A DNA stretch of 63,287 nt, counting the filler, from Collodictyon triciliatum (taxonomy: Eukaryota), in assembly GCA_043381765.1 (NCBI GenBank). It is 9 parts of 9 records of this genome, joined end to end, with 100 filler letters (N's around TTAATTAATTAA, not from the genome) between each part and the next. Parts side by side here need not be neighbours in the genome. Positions count along the whole stretch, not along the records: positions 1 to 7,093 come from JBHJMP010004067.1; positions 7,194 to 14,286 come from JBHJMP010004068.1; 7 more parts are not named here. One strand, given 5' to 3'. The position numbers and the translations under genes were made by a program. Under the pieces are notes generated by a model. The model made no database searches and was not told the DNA's origin. It worked only from the letters and a program-made list of their open reading frames with translations. Shown here one piece after another: positions 1 through 9,631 of the stretch (positions within the stretch are counted from its first letter, which is position 1; each line of letters begins with the position of its first letter).

Positions 1-1
1 C

Positions 2-3000
2 TATGTTTCTGGCGCATCAGGAATCCCTGAAGAAAAATACAAAGGCTACAAGGAGACATTTGACCAAAGCTGGATTGATAAAAAAATTGAGACTCGTGGT
101 GAAGAAATCGAAAACAAAATGAAAATTCAATATGTTCAGGCCAAGAAATCTTTGTTCTGTGAGCTACTGAAGCATATTGGCGATGGCCAGAGTCCAGTCG
201 TGAAGAATCTGAAAATAGCTGGAAAAGTTGGACTTGGTTTGTTTAACGCTGCATCTGCTGCTTTCTCTTTCGACATCAGCGGCACTCTGGATTCATTGCA
301 GGAGGTTGCCACCGCTGTTGGAGAAATCGATATCAAAAAGAGTTGGTTTACATTCTATCAAATGCTTCGCGTTAGTTTATTAATCAGCGTTGATGAGGCG
401 AAAAAAGTATGGGATTCTCAATTTTCAGGAAAGAAGGACAAAGTTGGAGAAACCCTGGCATTCCTTATCATCGACACGATTTATGAATGCTATATCCACA
501 AACACAATACCTCTGAGGGAAAAAAAGTCCGCGAATTGATGGACCATATTACACGTCATGAAAAATGGTTGAAAAGTGAGTTTATTAACCGATTTGTGGA
601 AACAAAAAAGCAAGAAATGACAGAATATGAGCCAAAAGAGTCAAAATTACCTACAACTCTTTTTGAAAAGGCTGGTAAAGACGAAAGAACGATTCAAGAC
701 ATCGTCGAGAATATCAAGGAGGAGACCATTCGAAATGTAGAATTCAAAAGTCGTTTTAATACGTACATCTCTGGCCAAGCTGAAAGAATTGCTGAGAAAG
801 GAAAGGTGTTTGGTGCGCAAAAGTACATCCTGAGTTTTTTCACATCACCAAAAGAAAAAGTGCTGCTTATACTCGGCGATTCTGGATCTGGAAAATCACT
901 GTTACAACAGTATATTGTGCGATTGCTTTGGGAAAACTATGAATATGGAAAGTCGCATATTCCATTGTATGTTGCTCTTACTTCGTTGGTAAAGCCTAGA
1001 GAAAACGCCATCGAGGAACTGCTTCTTTCTGAAAGTAAAAACAGCTTCTACATCCCAGACTCTGATTTTCGAGTCGACCAAATTAAAGAACTGAAAAAGA
1101 TGAAATTCGTATTTTTCCTGGATGGTTACGATGAGATTGACGATAGTGGTGCATCTTTCTACAAATCAAATAAACTGGAAGAATGGCCCAACTGCAAGTT
1201 TGTCATTGGATGCCGCAAGCAGTTTTTGGACAAGAAATCTCAGTACCAATCACTATTTGCACCCAAAGCTAGTCATGGATACTCTCTGGATGAAATATAT
1301 TTGAGACCTTTTGAAACTAAGCAAAGGCTTGATTACTTCAACAAGTATGCTGAGAGAAATCCCATTGAAGGATGGGAAAATGGTGAAAGGTACGAGGAAG
1401 AGTTGAAGAACATCAAAGAGCTTGACGAATTGGCTGTCACTCCGTTTATGATTTTCATGGCAGCCACCACCCTGCCGTCTATACTGAAGGAAAAAGCTGA
1501 GTCCAAGTCGAAATATAACGCAAAGATGCTGAGGACGGACTTTCTAAACAAGTTTTCGAGAAGATGGTTTGAACGCGAAAGAGAGAAGCTTGAAAGTAAT
1601 ATATCTTTAAAGAAAATAATGCCTGAGGATTTAGAAAGGCTGCTTTGGGCAAAGTGCAAAGATATTGCAGAAGTCATGTTCCAGAAAGGCCATCTTGCTT
1701 TGGAGTACGATAAAGTTGAGGGGAAAGCAAAGAAGCACGAATATGACGAATTTTTTCATCCAAATCCAGACCATATGATTGATGGTGAGCGAACTTACTC
1801 AGTTTTTGTATTGCGATGTGCACCCATTAAGAAATCTAGTGGGACGACCTATGAGTTCTTCCACAAATCGCTGTACGAATTCTTTGCTGCTGAGTACATC
1901 AAAGACGAAATTATTAGTTCTGGTGCGGAAAATCAAAGTTCTGCCGAATCATCAACGGAAGCTCAAAATGTTGCATCTTCCTCTGAACCCGTGAATTCTA
2001 TGCCTGGGAAATCTGATCCAAAATCACCAAGCTTCAAACTTTTCAATGCTGTCCATTCTGTGATGAAATCAAAACTGAAGACGAATGTTCTGGATAAAAA
2101 GCTTGAGCCTGCCATTCTGCTCAACCTGAGTGAAAAAGTGAACAAAGACAAAACTTACAAAGACAATCTCTTTTCAATCATCGAACAATCTAAGGCAGAT
2201 GCAAGCAAAGCGCAAGCTGCGTCAAATGCCATCACAGTTCTGAATTATGCTGACGTTTCATTTAGTGGCATGGATTTCAGAGGGATTCAAATTCCAAATG
2301 CCGACATGTCACAGTCTGTTGCTGATGGTGCTGACTTCACTGGCGCCAACTTGGAGGGTGTTTTGTTCTATAATGCGTGCATTTCAAACTGTGTTTTTGA
2401 TAGTGCTAATATGAAAGGCGTTAGTTTTGGTCGCTTGCCTTTGTTTTTGGGACATACAGATGAAGTCAATAGTGTTTGCAGCATTCAAGGACCGAACGGT
2501 GAAAACTGGCTGGCTTCTGGAAGTCGTGATAAAACAATACGTGTTTGGGATGTAGCCACAGGAAACCAAATCAAAACATTTGAAGGCCATACAAGTTCTG
2601 TTAATAGTGTTTGCAGCATTCAAGGACCGAATGTTGAAAAGTGGCTGGCTTCTGGAAGTAGTGATAGAATACGTATTTGGGATGTAGTCACAGGAAACCA
2701 AATCAAAACATTAGAAGGTCATACAAATTATGTCAGGAGTGTCTGCAGTATTCAAGGACCGAATGGTGAAAACTGGTTGGCTTCTGGAAGTGAAGATAAA
2801 ACAATACGTATTTGGGATATAGCCACAGGAGACCAAATCAAAACATTAGAAGGCCATACAAATGATGTCATGAGTGTTTGTAGTATCCAAGGACCGAACG
2901 GTGAAAACTGGTTGGCTTCTGGAAGTGAAGATAAAACAATACGTATTTGGGATATAGCCACAGGAGACCAAATCAAAACATTGGAAGGTCATAAAACATC

Positions 3001-6000
3001 TGTCACTAGTGTTTGCAGTATTAAAGGACCGAATGGTGAGAATTGGCTGGCTTCTGGAAGTCGTATTATCTATGGAGGTGGTGATAAAACAATACGTATT
3101 TGGGATATAGCCACAGGAAACCAAATCAAAATATTAAATGGTCATACAGAACCTGTCACCAGTGTTTGCAGTATTCAAGGACCGAATGGTGAAAACTGGC
3201 TGGCTTCTGGAAGTGTTGATAAAACAATTCGTATTTGGGATGCAGCCACAGGAAACCAAATCAAAACATTAGAAGGACATTCAAATTGGGTCAAAAGTGT
3301 TTGCAGTATTGAAGGACCGAATGGTGAAAAGTGGCTGGCTTCTGGAGGTCGAGATGATACTAACATACGTATTTGGGATGTAGCCACAGGAAACCAATTC
3401 AAAAAATTAGAAGGTCATACAAATATTGTCAATAGTGTTTGCGGTATTCAAGGACCGAATGGTGAGAATTGGTTGGCTTCTGGAAGTTTGGATAAAACCA
3501 TACGTATTTGGGATGTAGCCACAGGAAACCAAGTCAAAATATTAGAAGGACATACAAGAGGTGTCAACAGTGTTTGCAGTATTCAAGGACCGAATGGTGA
3601 AAATTGGTTGGCATCTGGAAGTTCTGATGGAACAATACGTATTTGGGATGTAGCCACAGGAAACCAAATCAAAATATTAAAAGGTCATGCAAATTTTGTC
3701 ATAAGTGTTTGCAGTATTCAAGGACCGAATGGTGAAAATTGGTTGGCCTCAGGAAGTCGTGATAAAACAATACGTATTTGGGATGTAGCTACAGGAAACC
3801 AAGTCAAAATATTAGAAGGCCATAAAAATGATGTCTGGAGTGTTTGTAGTATTCAAGGACCGAATGGTGAAAAGTGGCTGGCTTCTATTGGAAAATATGA
3901 TAATGCAATACGTATTTGGGATGTAGCCACAGGAAACCAAATCAAAACATTAACAGGACATACATGGTCTGTAAACAGTGTTTGCAGTATTCAAGGACCG
4001 AATGGCGAAAACTGGTTGGCTTCTACTGGAAGTGAAGATAGAACAATACGTATTTGGGATGTAGCCACAGGAAACCGAATCAAAACATTAGGAAGTCTTA
4101 CAGAACCTGTCACCAGTGTTTGCTGTATTCAAGGACCGAATGGTAAAAATTGGCTGGCTTCTGAAGGTGGTAGTGATAAAACAATACATATTTGGGATAA
4201 AACAATACGTATTTGGGATGTAGCCACAGGAAACCAAATCAAAACATTAAAAGGACATACAAATGCTGTCTGGAGTGTTTGCAGTATTCAAGGACCGAAT
4301 GGCGAAAATTGGCTGGCTTCTGGAAGTGAAGATGAGACAATACGTATTTGGGATGTAGCCACAGAGAACCAAATACATAGCCTGCAAAAATCAGAAGTGA
4401 CCTACCATGAAAAGAGCCAATTGGTTACGAAAGATAAGTCAGAAGAAATCATTGCAATGTTAAATAGAACAAGTGATGCGATGAACATGATTGATACAAG
4501 CAGGATAATGAACGTGAGAACTGTTCGAATTATTGGCCCAAGAACACTTGAGGCTGCAAATACTCTTATAAACAGAGCTGAATTGGGTGAGATGAACAAG
4601 AAACTATTCCTGCAAGAAGGTGCTGCCTCCTTTGATGCGGACTTTGTTGCCTATTGTGAGCAGGGTAAGTTCAAACAGCTCCAGGCTCAAATGATGGCTG
4701 AATGCTATGAGAATGGATGGGGTGTTGAGAAGGACACAGAGAAAGTAGTTGAATGGTTTGGAAAAGCTGAAAACTTTGACAGACTGAGGCAACTCGTACA
4801 GCAAGGCTCAAAGGAGACATTCAATGTCTTGAATGAAATGGCTGACATTGAAGACGAAGAATATGGGGAATACAAATATCCACAAGCTGTTTCTACTGTT
4901 GCTGAATGCTATGAGAATGGATGGGGTGTTGAGAACGACACCGGGAAAGCAATTGAATGGTTTGGAAAAGCTGAAAACTTTGACAGGCTCAAGCAGCTCG
5001 CGCAACAAGGCAAAATGGAGGCATTTAATGTTTTGAAAGAAATGGCTGAAATCGTAGACGAGGATTATGGTGAACACAAACATCCACAAGCTGTTTCTAT
5101 TGTTGCTGAATGCTATGAGAATGGATGGGGTGTTGAGAACGACACCGGGAAAGCAACTGAGTGGGGTCTATTGGCTCTGAAAGCAGCTCAAAACTTTGAC
5201 AGGCTGAGGCAACTCGCACAGCAAGGCTCAAAGGAGGCATTCAATGTTTTGAAAGAAATGGCTGATATTGAAGATGATTTTGGATACAAACATCCACAGG
5301 CTGTTTCTATTGTTGCTGAATGCTATGAGAATGGGTGGATTGTTGAAAACGACACCGGGAAAGCAATGGAATGGTTTGGAAAAGCTGAAAACTTTCACAG
5401 GCTGAGGCAACTCGCGCAACAAGGCAAAAAGGAGGCATTCAATATTTTGAATGAAATGGCCGAAAAGAAAGATAGGAATAACGAACAAAAACATCCACAG
5501 GCTGTTTCTATTGTTGCTGAATGCTATGAGAATGGATGGGGTGTTGAAAACGACACCGGGAAAGCAGCCGAGTGGTTTCGAAAAGTTGAAAACTTTGACA
5601 AACTGAAGCAACTTTCACACCAAGGCTCAAAAGATGCATTCAATGTCTTGAAAGAAATGGCTGAAATGAAGGATAGTAGGAGATACAAATATCCACAGGC
5701 TGTTTCTATTGTTGCTGGATGCTATGAGAATGGATGGGGTGTTGAAAAGGACACCGAGAAAGCAACTGAGTGGGGTCTATTGGCTCTGAAAGCAGCTCAA
5801 AACTTTGACAGGCTGAAGCAACTCGCACAGCAAGGCTCAAAAGATGCATTCAATGTCTTGAAAGAAATGGCTGAAATGAAGGATAATAGGAGATACAAAT
5901 ATCCACAGGCTGTTTCTATTGTTGCTGAATGCTATGAGAATGGATGGGGTGTCGAAAAGGACACCGAGAGAGCTATCGAGTGGCTTGGAAAAGCTGAAAA

Positions 6001-6202
6001 CTTTGAAAAACTGAAGCAACACGCACAACAAGGCAAAAAGGAGGCATTCAATATTTTGAAAGAAATGGCTGAAATGAAATATGAAAATGAATACATATAT
6101 CCACAGGCTGTTTCTATTGTTGCTGAATGCTATGAGAATGGATGGGGTGTTGAAAAGGACACCGAGAAATCAGCTGAGTGGGGACAGAAAGTCTCAGCTT
6201 AA
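2..6202 (+). CDS. NLR-like STAND protein: helical N-terminus, NACHT NTPase, pentapeptide repeats, 14x WD40, 8x Sel1-like repeats (5'-truncated)
   Basis: The frame is open from nt 2 (YVSGASGIPEEK...ENK then M at 119) to TAA at 6200-6202, with no intron. Walker A LILGDSGSGKS (~865-898), Walker B FVFFLDGYDEI (~1106-1138), winged-helix FFHKSLYEFFAA, pentapeptide block NAITVLNYADVSFSG...ANMKGVSFG, WD40 array and AECYENGWGVEKD Sel1 motifs. Confidence 0.92.
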   Translation, partial: YVSGASGIPEEKYKGYKETFDQSWIDKKIETRGEEIENKMKIQYVQAKKSLFCELLKHIGDGQSPVVKNLKIAGKVGLGLFNAASAAFSFDISGTLDSLQEVATAVGEIDIKKSWFTFYQMLRVSLLISVDEAKKVWDSQFSGKKDKVGETLAFLIIDTIYECYIHKHNTSEGKKVRELMDHITRHEKWLKSEFINRFVETKKQEMTEYEPKESKLPTTLFEKAGKDERTIQDIVENIKEETIRNVEFKSRFNTYISGQAERIAEKGKVFGAQKYILSFFTSPKEKVLLILGDSGSGKSLLQQYIVRLLWENYEYGKSHIPLYVALTSLVKPRENAIEELLLSESKNSFYIPDSDFRVDQIKELKKMKFVFFLDGYDEIDDSGASFYKSNKLEEWPNCKFVIGCRKQFLDKKSQYQSLFAPKASHGYSLDEIYLRPFETKQRLDYFNKYAERNPIEGWENGERYEEELKNIKELDELAVTPFMIFMAATTLPSILKEKAESKSKYNAKMLRTDFLNKFSRRWFEREREKLESNISLKKIMPEDLERLLWAKCKDIAEVMFQKGHLALEYDKVEGKAKKHEYDEFFHPNPDHMIDGERTYSVFVLRCAPIKKSSGTTYEFFHKSLYEFFAAEYIKDEIISSGAENQSSAESSTEAQNVASSSEPVNSMPGKSDPKSPSFKLFNAVHSVMKSKLKTNVLDKKLEPAILLNLSEKVNKDKTYKDNLFSIIEQSKADASKAQAASNAITVLNYADVSFSGMDFRGIQIPNADMSQSVADGADFTGANLEGVLFYNACISNCVFDSANMKGVSFGRLPLFLGHTDEVNSVCSIQGPNGENWLASGSRDKTIRVWDVATGNQIKTFEGHTSSVNSVCSIQGPNVEKWLASGSSDRIRIWDVVTGNQIKTLEGHTNYVRSVCSIQGPNGENWLASGSEDKTIRIWDIATGDQIKTLEGHTNDVMSVCSIQGPNGENWLASGSEDKTIRIWDIATGDQIKTLEGHKTSVTSVCSIKGPNGENWLASGSRIIYGGGDKTIRIWDIATGNQIKILNGHTEPVTSVCSIQGPNGENWLASGSVDKTIRIWDAATGNQIKTLEGHSNWVKSVCSIEGPNGEKWLASGGRDDTNIRIWDVATGNQFKKLEGHTNIVNSVCGIQGPNGENWLASGSLDKTIRIWDVATGNQVKILEGHTRGVNSVCSIQGPNGENWLASGSSDGTIRIWDVATGNQIKILKGHANFVISVCSIQGPNGENWLASGSRDKTIRIWDVATGNQVKILEGHKNDVWSVCSIQGPNGEKWLASIGKYDNAIRIWDVATGNQIKTLTGHTWSVNSVCSIQGPNGENWLASTGSEDRTIRIWDVATGNRIKTLGSLTEPVTSVCCIQGPNGKNWLASEGGSDKTIHIWDKTIRIWDVATGNQIKTLKGHTNAVWSVCSIQGPNGENWLASGSEDETIRIWDVATENQIHSLQKSEVTYHEKSQLVTKDKSEEIIAMLNRTSDAMNMIDTSRIMNVRTVRIIGPRTLEAANTLINRAELGEMNKKLFLQEGAASFDADFVAYCEQGKFKQLQAQMMAECYENGWGVEKDTEKVVEWFGKAENFDRLRQLVQQGSKETFNVLNEMADIEDEEYGEYKYPQAVSTVAECYENGWGVENDTGKAIEWFGKAENFDRLKQLAQQGKMEAFNVLKEMAEIVDEDYGEHKHPQAVSIVAECYENGWGVENDTGKATEWGLLALKAAQNFDRLRQLAQQGSKEAFNVLKEMADIEDDFGYKHPQAVSIVAECYENGWIVENDTGKAMEWFGKAENFHRLRQLAQQGKKEAFNILNEMAEKKDRNNEQKHPQAVSIVAECYENGWGVENDTGKAAEWFRKVENFDKLKQLSHQGSKDAFNVLKEMAEMKDSRRYKYPQAVSIVAGCYENGWGVEKDTEKATEWGLLALKAAQNFDRLKQLAQQGSKDAFNVLKEMAEMKDNRRYKYPQAVSIVAECYENGWGVEKDTERAIEWLGKAENFEKLKQHAQQGKKEAFNILKEMAEMKYENEYIYPQAVSIVAECYENGWGVEKDTEKSAEWGQKVSA
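2447..4380 (+). repeat. 14 tandem ~135-nt (45-aa) WD40 repeats with high internal identity
   Basis: Consensus LEGHxxxVxSVCSIQGPNGENWLASGSxDKTIRIWDVATGNQIKT repeated 14 times. The copies are also near-identical at DNA level. Confidence 0.95.
4695..6190 (+). repeat. 8 tandem ~66-70-aa Sel1-like helical units
   Basis: CYENGW occurs 8 times within the unit AECYENGWGVExDTxKAxEWFGKAENFDRLxQLAQQGxKEAFNVLxEMA...YPQAVSIV. Confidence 0.88.
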
Positions 6203-6995
6203 CTAGGTAAGGAATATTAATAAATGCATATTAAAATACATGTTTCTTAATTATGTCTATAATAGATGGAGGGATTCTTGGGGTTTTTTCAAGCAGACCT
6301 CCGCTTTTTCCCAGAAGGACGCTCCATGAAAACAGAATAAAAACAAAAAAAAATGGAAGCAGAGCTGATTGATGTCTGTCCAAAACCTTTTCTTTTCTTC
6401 TCTGCTTAGAATAGTGACATGATTACTTTTATTCGCACAGACAAAGCATCGCCTTCTTTCCTGATAATCGTGTTGTAACATGAGCTGTAAAGAGGAACCA
6501 AGAACCCAGAAAAAAACCTCACAGTCTCATCGGCGTAAATCGTGTCCATAATGACTGCACATAAAGCATAGTTTTTTTTTTCATTTTCAAACTTATCTAT
6601 TCAATTTTGTGTGCTTATGTCTCTACTTTATGCATTTTTTTACGGGTCGAATTTTTCCCTTTTTATGTACAACAATATGTATTGTGCACTTAACCTTGTT
6701 TATTCCAGGCGATTACTTTAGCCTCATTGTGCTTCCTTTGGATTGCCTCTGGTTAGTCGCTTTCAAATCCCGCATGTTGTCTTCATCTGATGACTTTTTT
6801 TTTTATCACCATCTACACGTTTTGGCTACTTTTGCTTCACAACAAACCTTTTTTTTCCTTGATGAAATAGAACCCTCCATAATCCAACAATTAAAACATT
6901 AATTTTGAACCTTTTCTATAAAAAAAGACTACAAATTACTTCATGAATAAAAATTAATTCACCATTTCATCTCGTTTTCATTTAAAAAGAACACA

Positions 6996-7009
6996 TAGAT
7001 GGATAGATG

Positions 7010-7093
<84 letters not shown>
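6996..7093 (+). repeat. (GATA)n microsatellite at contig end
   Basis: Direct reading. Confidence 0.95.
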
Positions 7094-7193
7094 NNNNNNN
7101 NNNNNNNNNNNNNNNNNNNNNNNNNNNNNNNNNNNNNTTAATTAATTAANNNNNNNNNNNNNNNNNNNNNNNNNNNNNNNNNNNNNNNNNNNN
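7094..7193. other. Artificial contig-joining spacer
   Basis: 44 N + TTAATTAATTAA (stops in all six frames) + 44 N. Confidence 0.97.
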
Positions 7194-7194
7194 A

Positions 7195-7290
<96 letters not shown>

Positions 7291-7485
7291 GAGGAGAGAA
7301 AAGAAAAGAAAAGAAAAGAGAGAAGGAAGAAAGAGAAAGAGAGAAAAAAAACCTCCACCCATCCACCTATCCGCACTTTCCCTCACAACCACATATCCAC
7401 CAATGCATTACAGATATCTGCCCGCTTAATCGTTGTGTCTAAAACAGCGACTGATTCAAACATACTTGGAAGCACACTGAAAGCA

Positions 7486-9288
7486 ATGAGCTCGAGTCAA
7501 TCCCAATCCCATGAAAAGGCCCAGATTGTACCGAGCGGCAGGCATGCTTGGAGTCCGGTTCAGAACGCCAACCACGCTTCCCGCGCTGGATCTGAGGCCA
7601 TCGTCCGCCTACATCTACCCCAAACTACGAAGCAAATTAAAAAGAACAGACTGGTCTTTTCTCTTCTGATTCCAAGCCGACTGCTCTTCGACCGGTTCTC
7701 TGAGATATACAGCACTAATGCCATGGAGATGATCACTTTTTCCCTATGGCTCTTTTGTGACTTTCAGTTTCTCTCTGTCTGTTTTGCAAGCGATTTTCTG
7801 AGGCCTGCGACTTACATTCCGATTCAAATGATGTGCACAGTAAATCTGTTTCTACATTATTGCTTGTTCCTAAGAGTGGACATTATTCTGGAGTTGGCAA
7901 AGTCCTTCAACTTTTGGTTTGCTCTTTGGAATACCGTCTCATTTAATGTTTGCTTTGTTATATTGTGGACTCCGGTGCCGAATGTTCTCTTTGCAGCGCT
8001 TCATTCTTTGTCAAGTATGCTGCTCATGGTATTTTATGATGCACATTCACAGAAGGACCAGCTCATTGTACGGGCCATCAGTATCGTGGGCATACTGACG
8101 TTTGTGCCCATCCTTGTAGTTCTGCTTTTCAGTTTGGTGGAATTTCATAGCGAAACCTTTCATTACGACGAGGGTGGTATAGAGATTATTGATGTTCGCC
8201 TTCATGCTATGGACAACTTGTTGACAAGCATTATGTACTTTCTTCGTATAATACACATTCAAATGATTTTGAAAAAGTCCTCATCCATCGCGTTTGTCTC
8301 GAAATTTTTTGAAATCGACGAGAATCATACAAAATATCGTAAAAACAAGCAAAACCTTAACAATCAAGAGCCTTTGACAAACAACCACGCATTCCATCAA
8401 AACGAACAGCAAGTGACTACTTTCAACAAAGAAATACCTTCTCATAGCATCGCAGAAGGTGCAGACGTGCTCGATATCAAGAACAACGAGGATGCTATAC
8501 AAGCGAGCTCAAGCCTCAGTTTTGCGATGAACATCGAACAAGCTGGTCATTCACAATCTGAGAGTTATCTTGTCATGGGGATACTGGAGCAAAAGTCCAT
8601 CGAATATGACATACGAAGGACCCTTTATCACCAGTATTTGGTAAAAAGTCTTCCAACTTTAGCATCACTTCTTAGGTCAAAAAAATTTAGCATCTTGACC
8701 CTTCTGCTTGGATTATTGCCTGCCTTTTTCACATTCACACTTGCCGCTGGATTCGATTTAGGCAACTCGTTCAAGTATGTGGGTCTTGTTTTCGTGTCAG
8801 TTGGGTGTGTGAACATTATTTTCCAGACTACATGTATGAGTAATATAATTATGATTCACCACATGATTCGCTCGTTCGACTACTGGTATCTCATGTTTCT
8901 AATTTCGAAAATCTTTGTCTCGTCTGGAATCCTTTGCAACTGGGATGTGCGCATGATATACTGGCTCTACACCATTTTGGTTTTGAATTCCTACATCATG
9001 ACTGATACGCTCCATATCAAGACTCGCAACGTCTCATACGTATCCATAGTTGCAATTATTTGGGGGCTAGCAATAGTTCTTTTGTGCAAATTAAATATCG
9101 GTGCAACATTCTCTCATGAAAAATATATTTACATCGGGAGTGTGCAGGTTATGTCGGCGAAAATCACCCTCTCCTCGTCCTTGTTCTCGGCATGCATCTT
9201 TTTGATTCGATTTCTGTGGAGCTATCACAAAAACCACAGGCGCATCTTGTTCATCACAGAAAATGTTCGAGTAGAAGAAATAGGATAA
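7486..9288 (+). CDS. Intronless multi-pass membrane protein with two internally homologous halves
   Basis: ~600-aa ORF (first ATG at 7486). Two hydrophobic blocks are separated by a hydrophilic linker. Matching motifs: AKSFNFWFALWN...FYDA versus IRSFDYWYLMFL...MTDT. Confidence 0.8.
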   Translation: MSSSQSQSHEKAQIVPSGRHAWSPVQNANHASRAGSEAIVRLHLPQTTKQIKKNRLVFSLLIPSRLLFDRFSEIYSTNAMEMITFSLWLFCDFQFLSVCFASDFLRPATYIPIQMMCTVNLFLHYCLFLRVDIILELAKSFNFWFALWNTVSFNVCFVILWTPVPNVLFAALHSLSSMLLMVFYDAHSQKDQLIVRAISIVGILTFVPILVVLLFSLVEFHSETFHYDEGGIEIIDVRLHAMDNLLTSIMYFLRIIHIQMILKKSSSIAFVSKFFEIDENHTKYRKNKQNLNNQEPLTNNHAFHQNEQQVTTFNKEIPSHSIAEGADVLDIKNNEDAIQASSSLSFAMNIEQAGHSQSESYLVMGILEQKSIEYDIRRTLYHQYLVKSLPTLASLLRSKKFSILTLLLGLLPAFFTFTLAAGFDLGNSFKYVGLVFVSVGCVNIIFQTTCMSNIIMIHHMIRSFDYWYLMFLISKIFVSSGILCNWDVRMIYWLYTILVLNSYIMTDTLHIKTRNVSYVSIVAIIWGLAIVLLCKLNIGATFSHEKYIYIGSVQVMSAKITLSSSLFSACIFLIRFLWSYHKNHRRILFITENVRVEEIG

Positions 9289-9631
9289 AGTCACGCTAGG
9301 TCTTAAAGTCTCGAATCTTTTCCAGCAACAGTGCCTCTTTCGTCTAATATATTTCCCAAGTATACTAAACAGAATAGACTTATGTAAAGACTTAGGCACT
9401 CTAACTCGCCTATTTTTCTTGAAGGAATATTTTTTTCCTTTATTCGATTCAAAGTTCTTAAAGGAATATTGATATGTTTTTTTTCAATTATCTGAATAAA
9501 AAAAACACCGAAAAAAATTGACTGGGTGATTTAAAAAAAATATATTTTTGTGTTTAAAACCCAAGTCCATGGTACTTCCATTATTTATCTATTTCTTTAT
9601 TTTGTGTGTATGGTATTTCTTTATAGAACCC

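Noticed and set aside
2447-4380. CRISPR-like array or DGR-type variable repeats
   Set aside because: The units are in-frame WD40 coding repeats. Variation is not restricted to adenines, and no cas gene, reverse transcriptase or template repeat is present.
7138-7149. Recurrent TTAATTAATTAA palindrome as a regulatory or recombination site
   Set aside because: It is always centred in 44+44 N and is a six-frame-stop linker.
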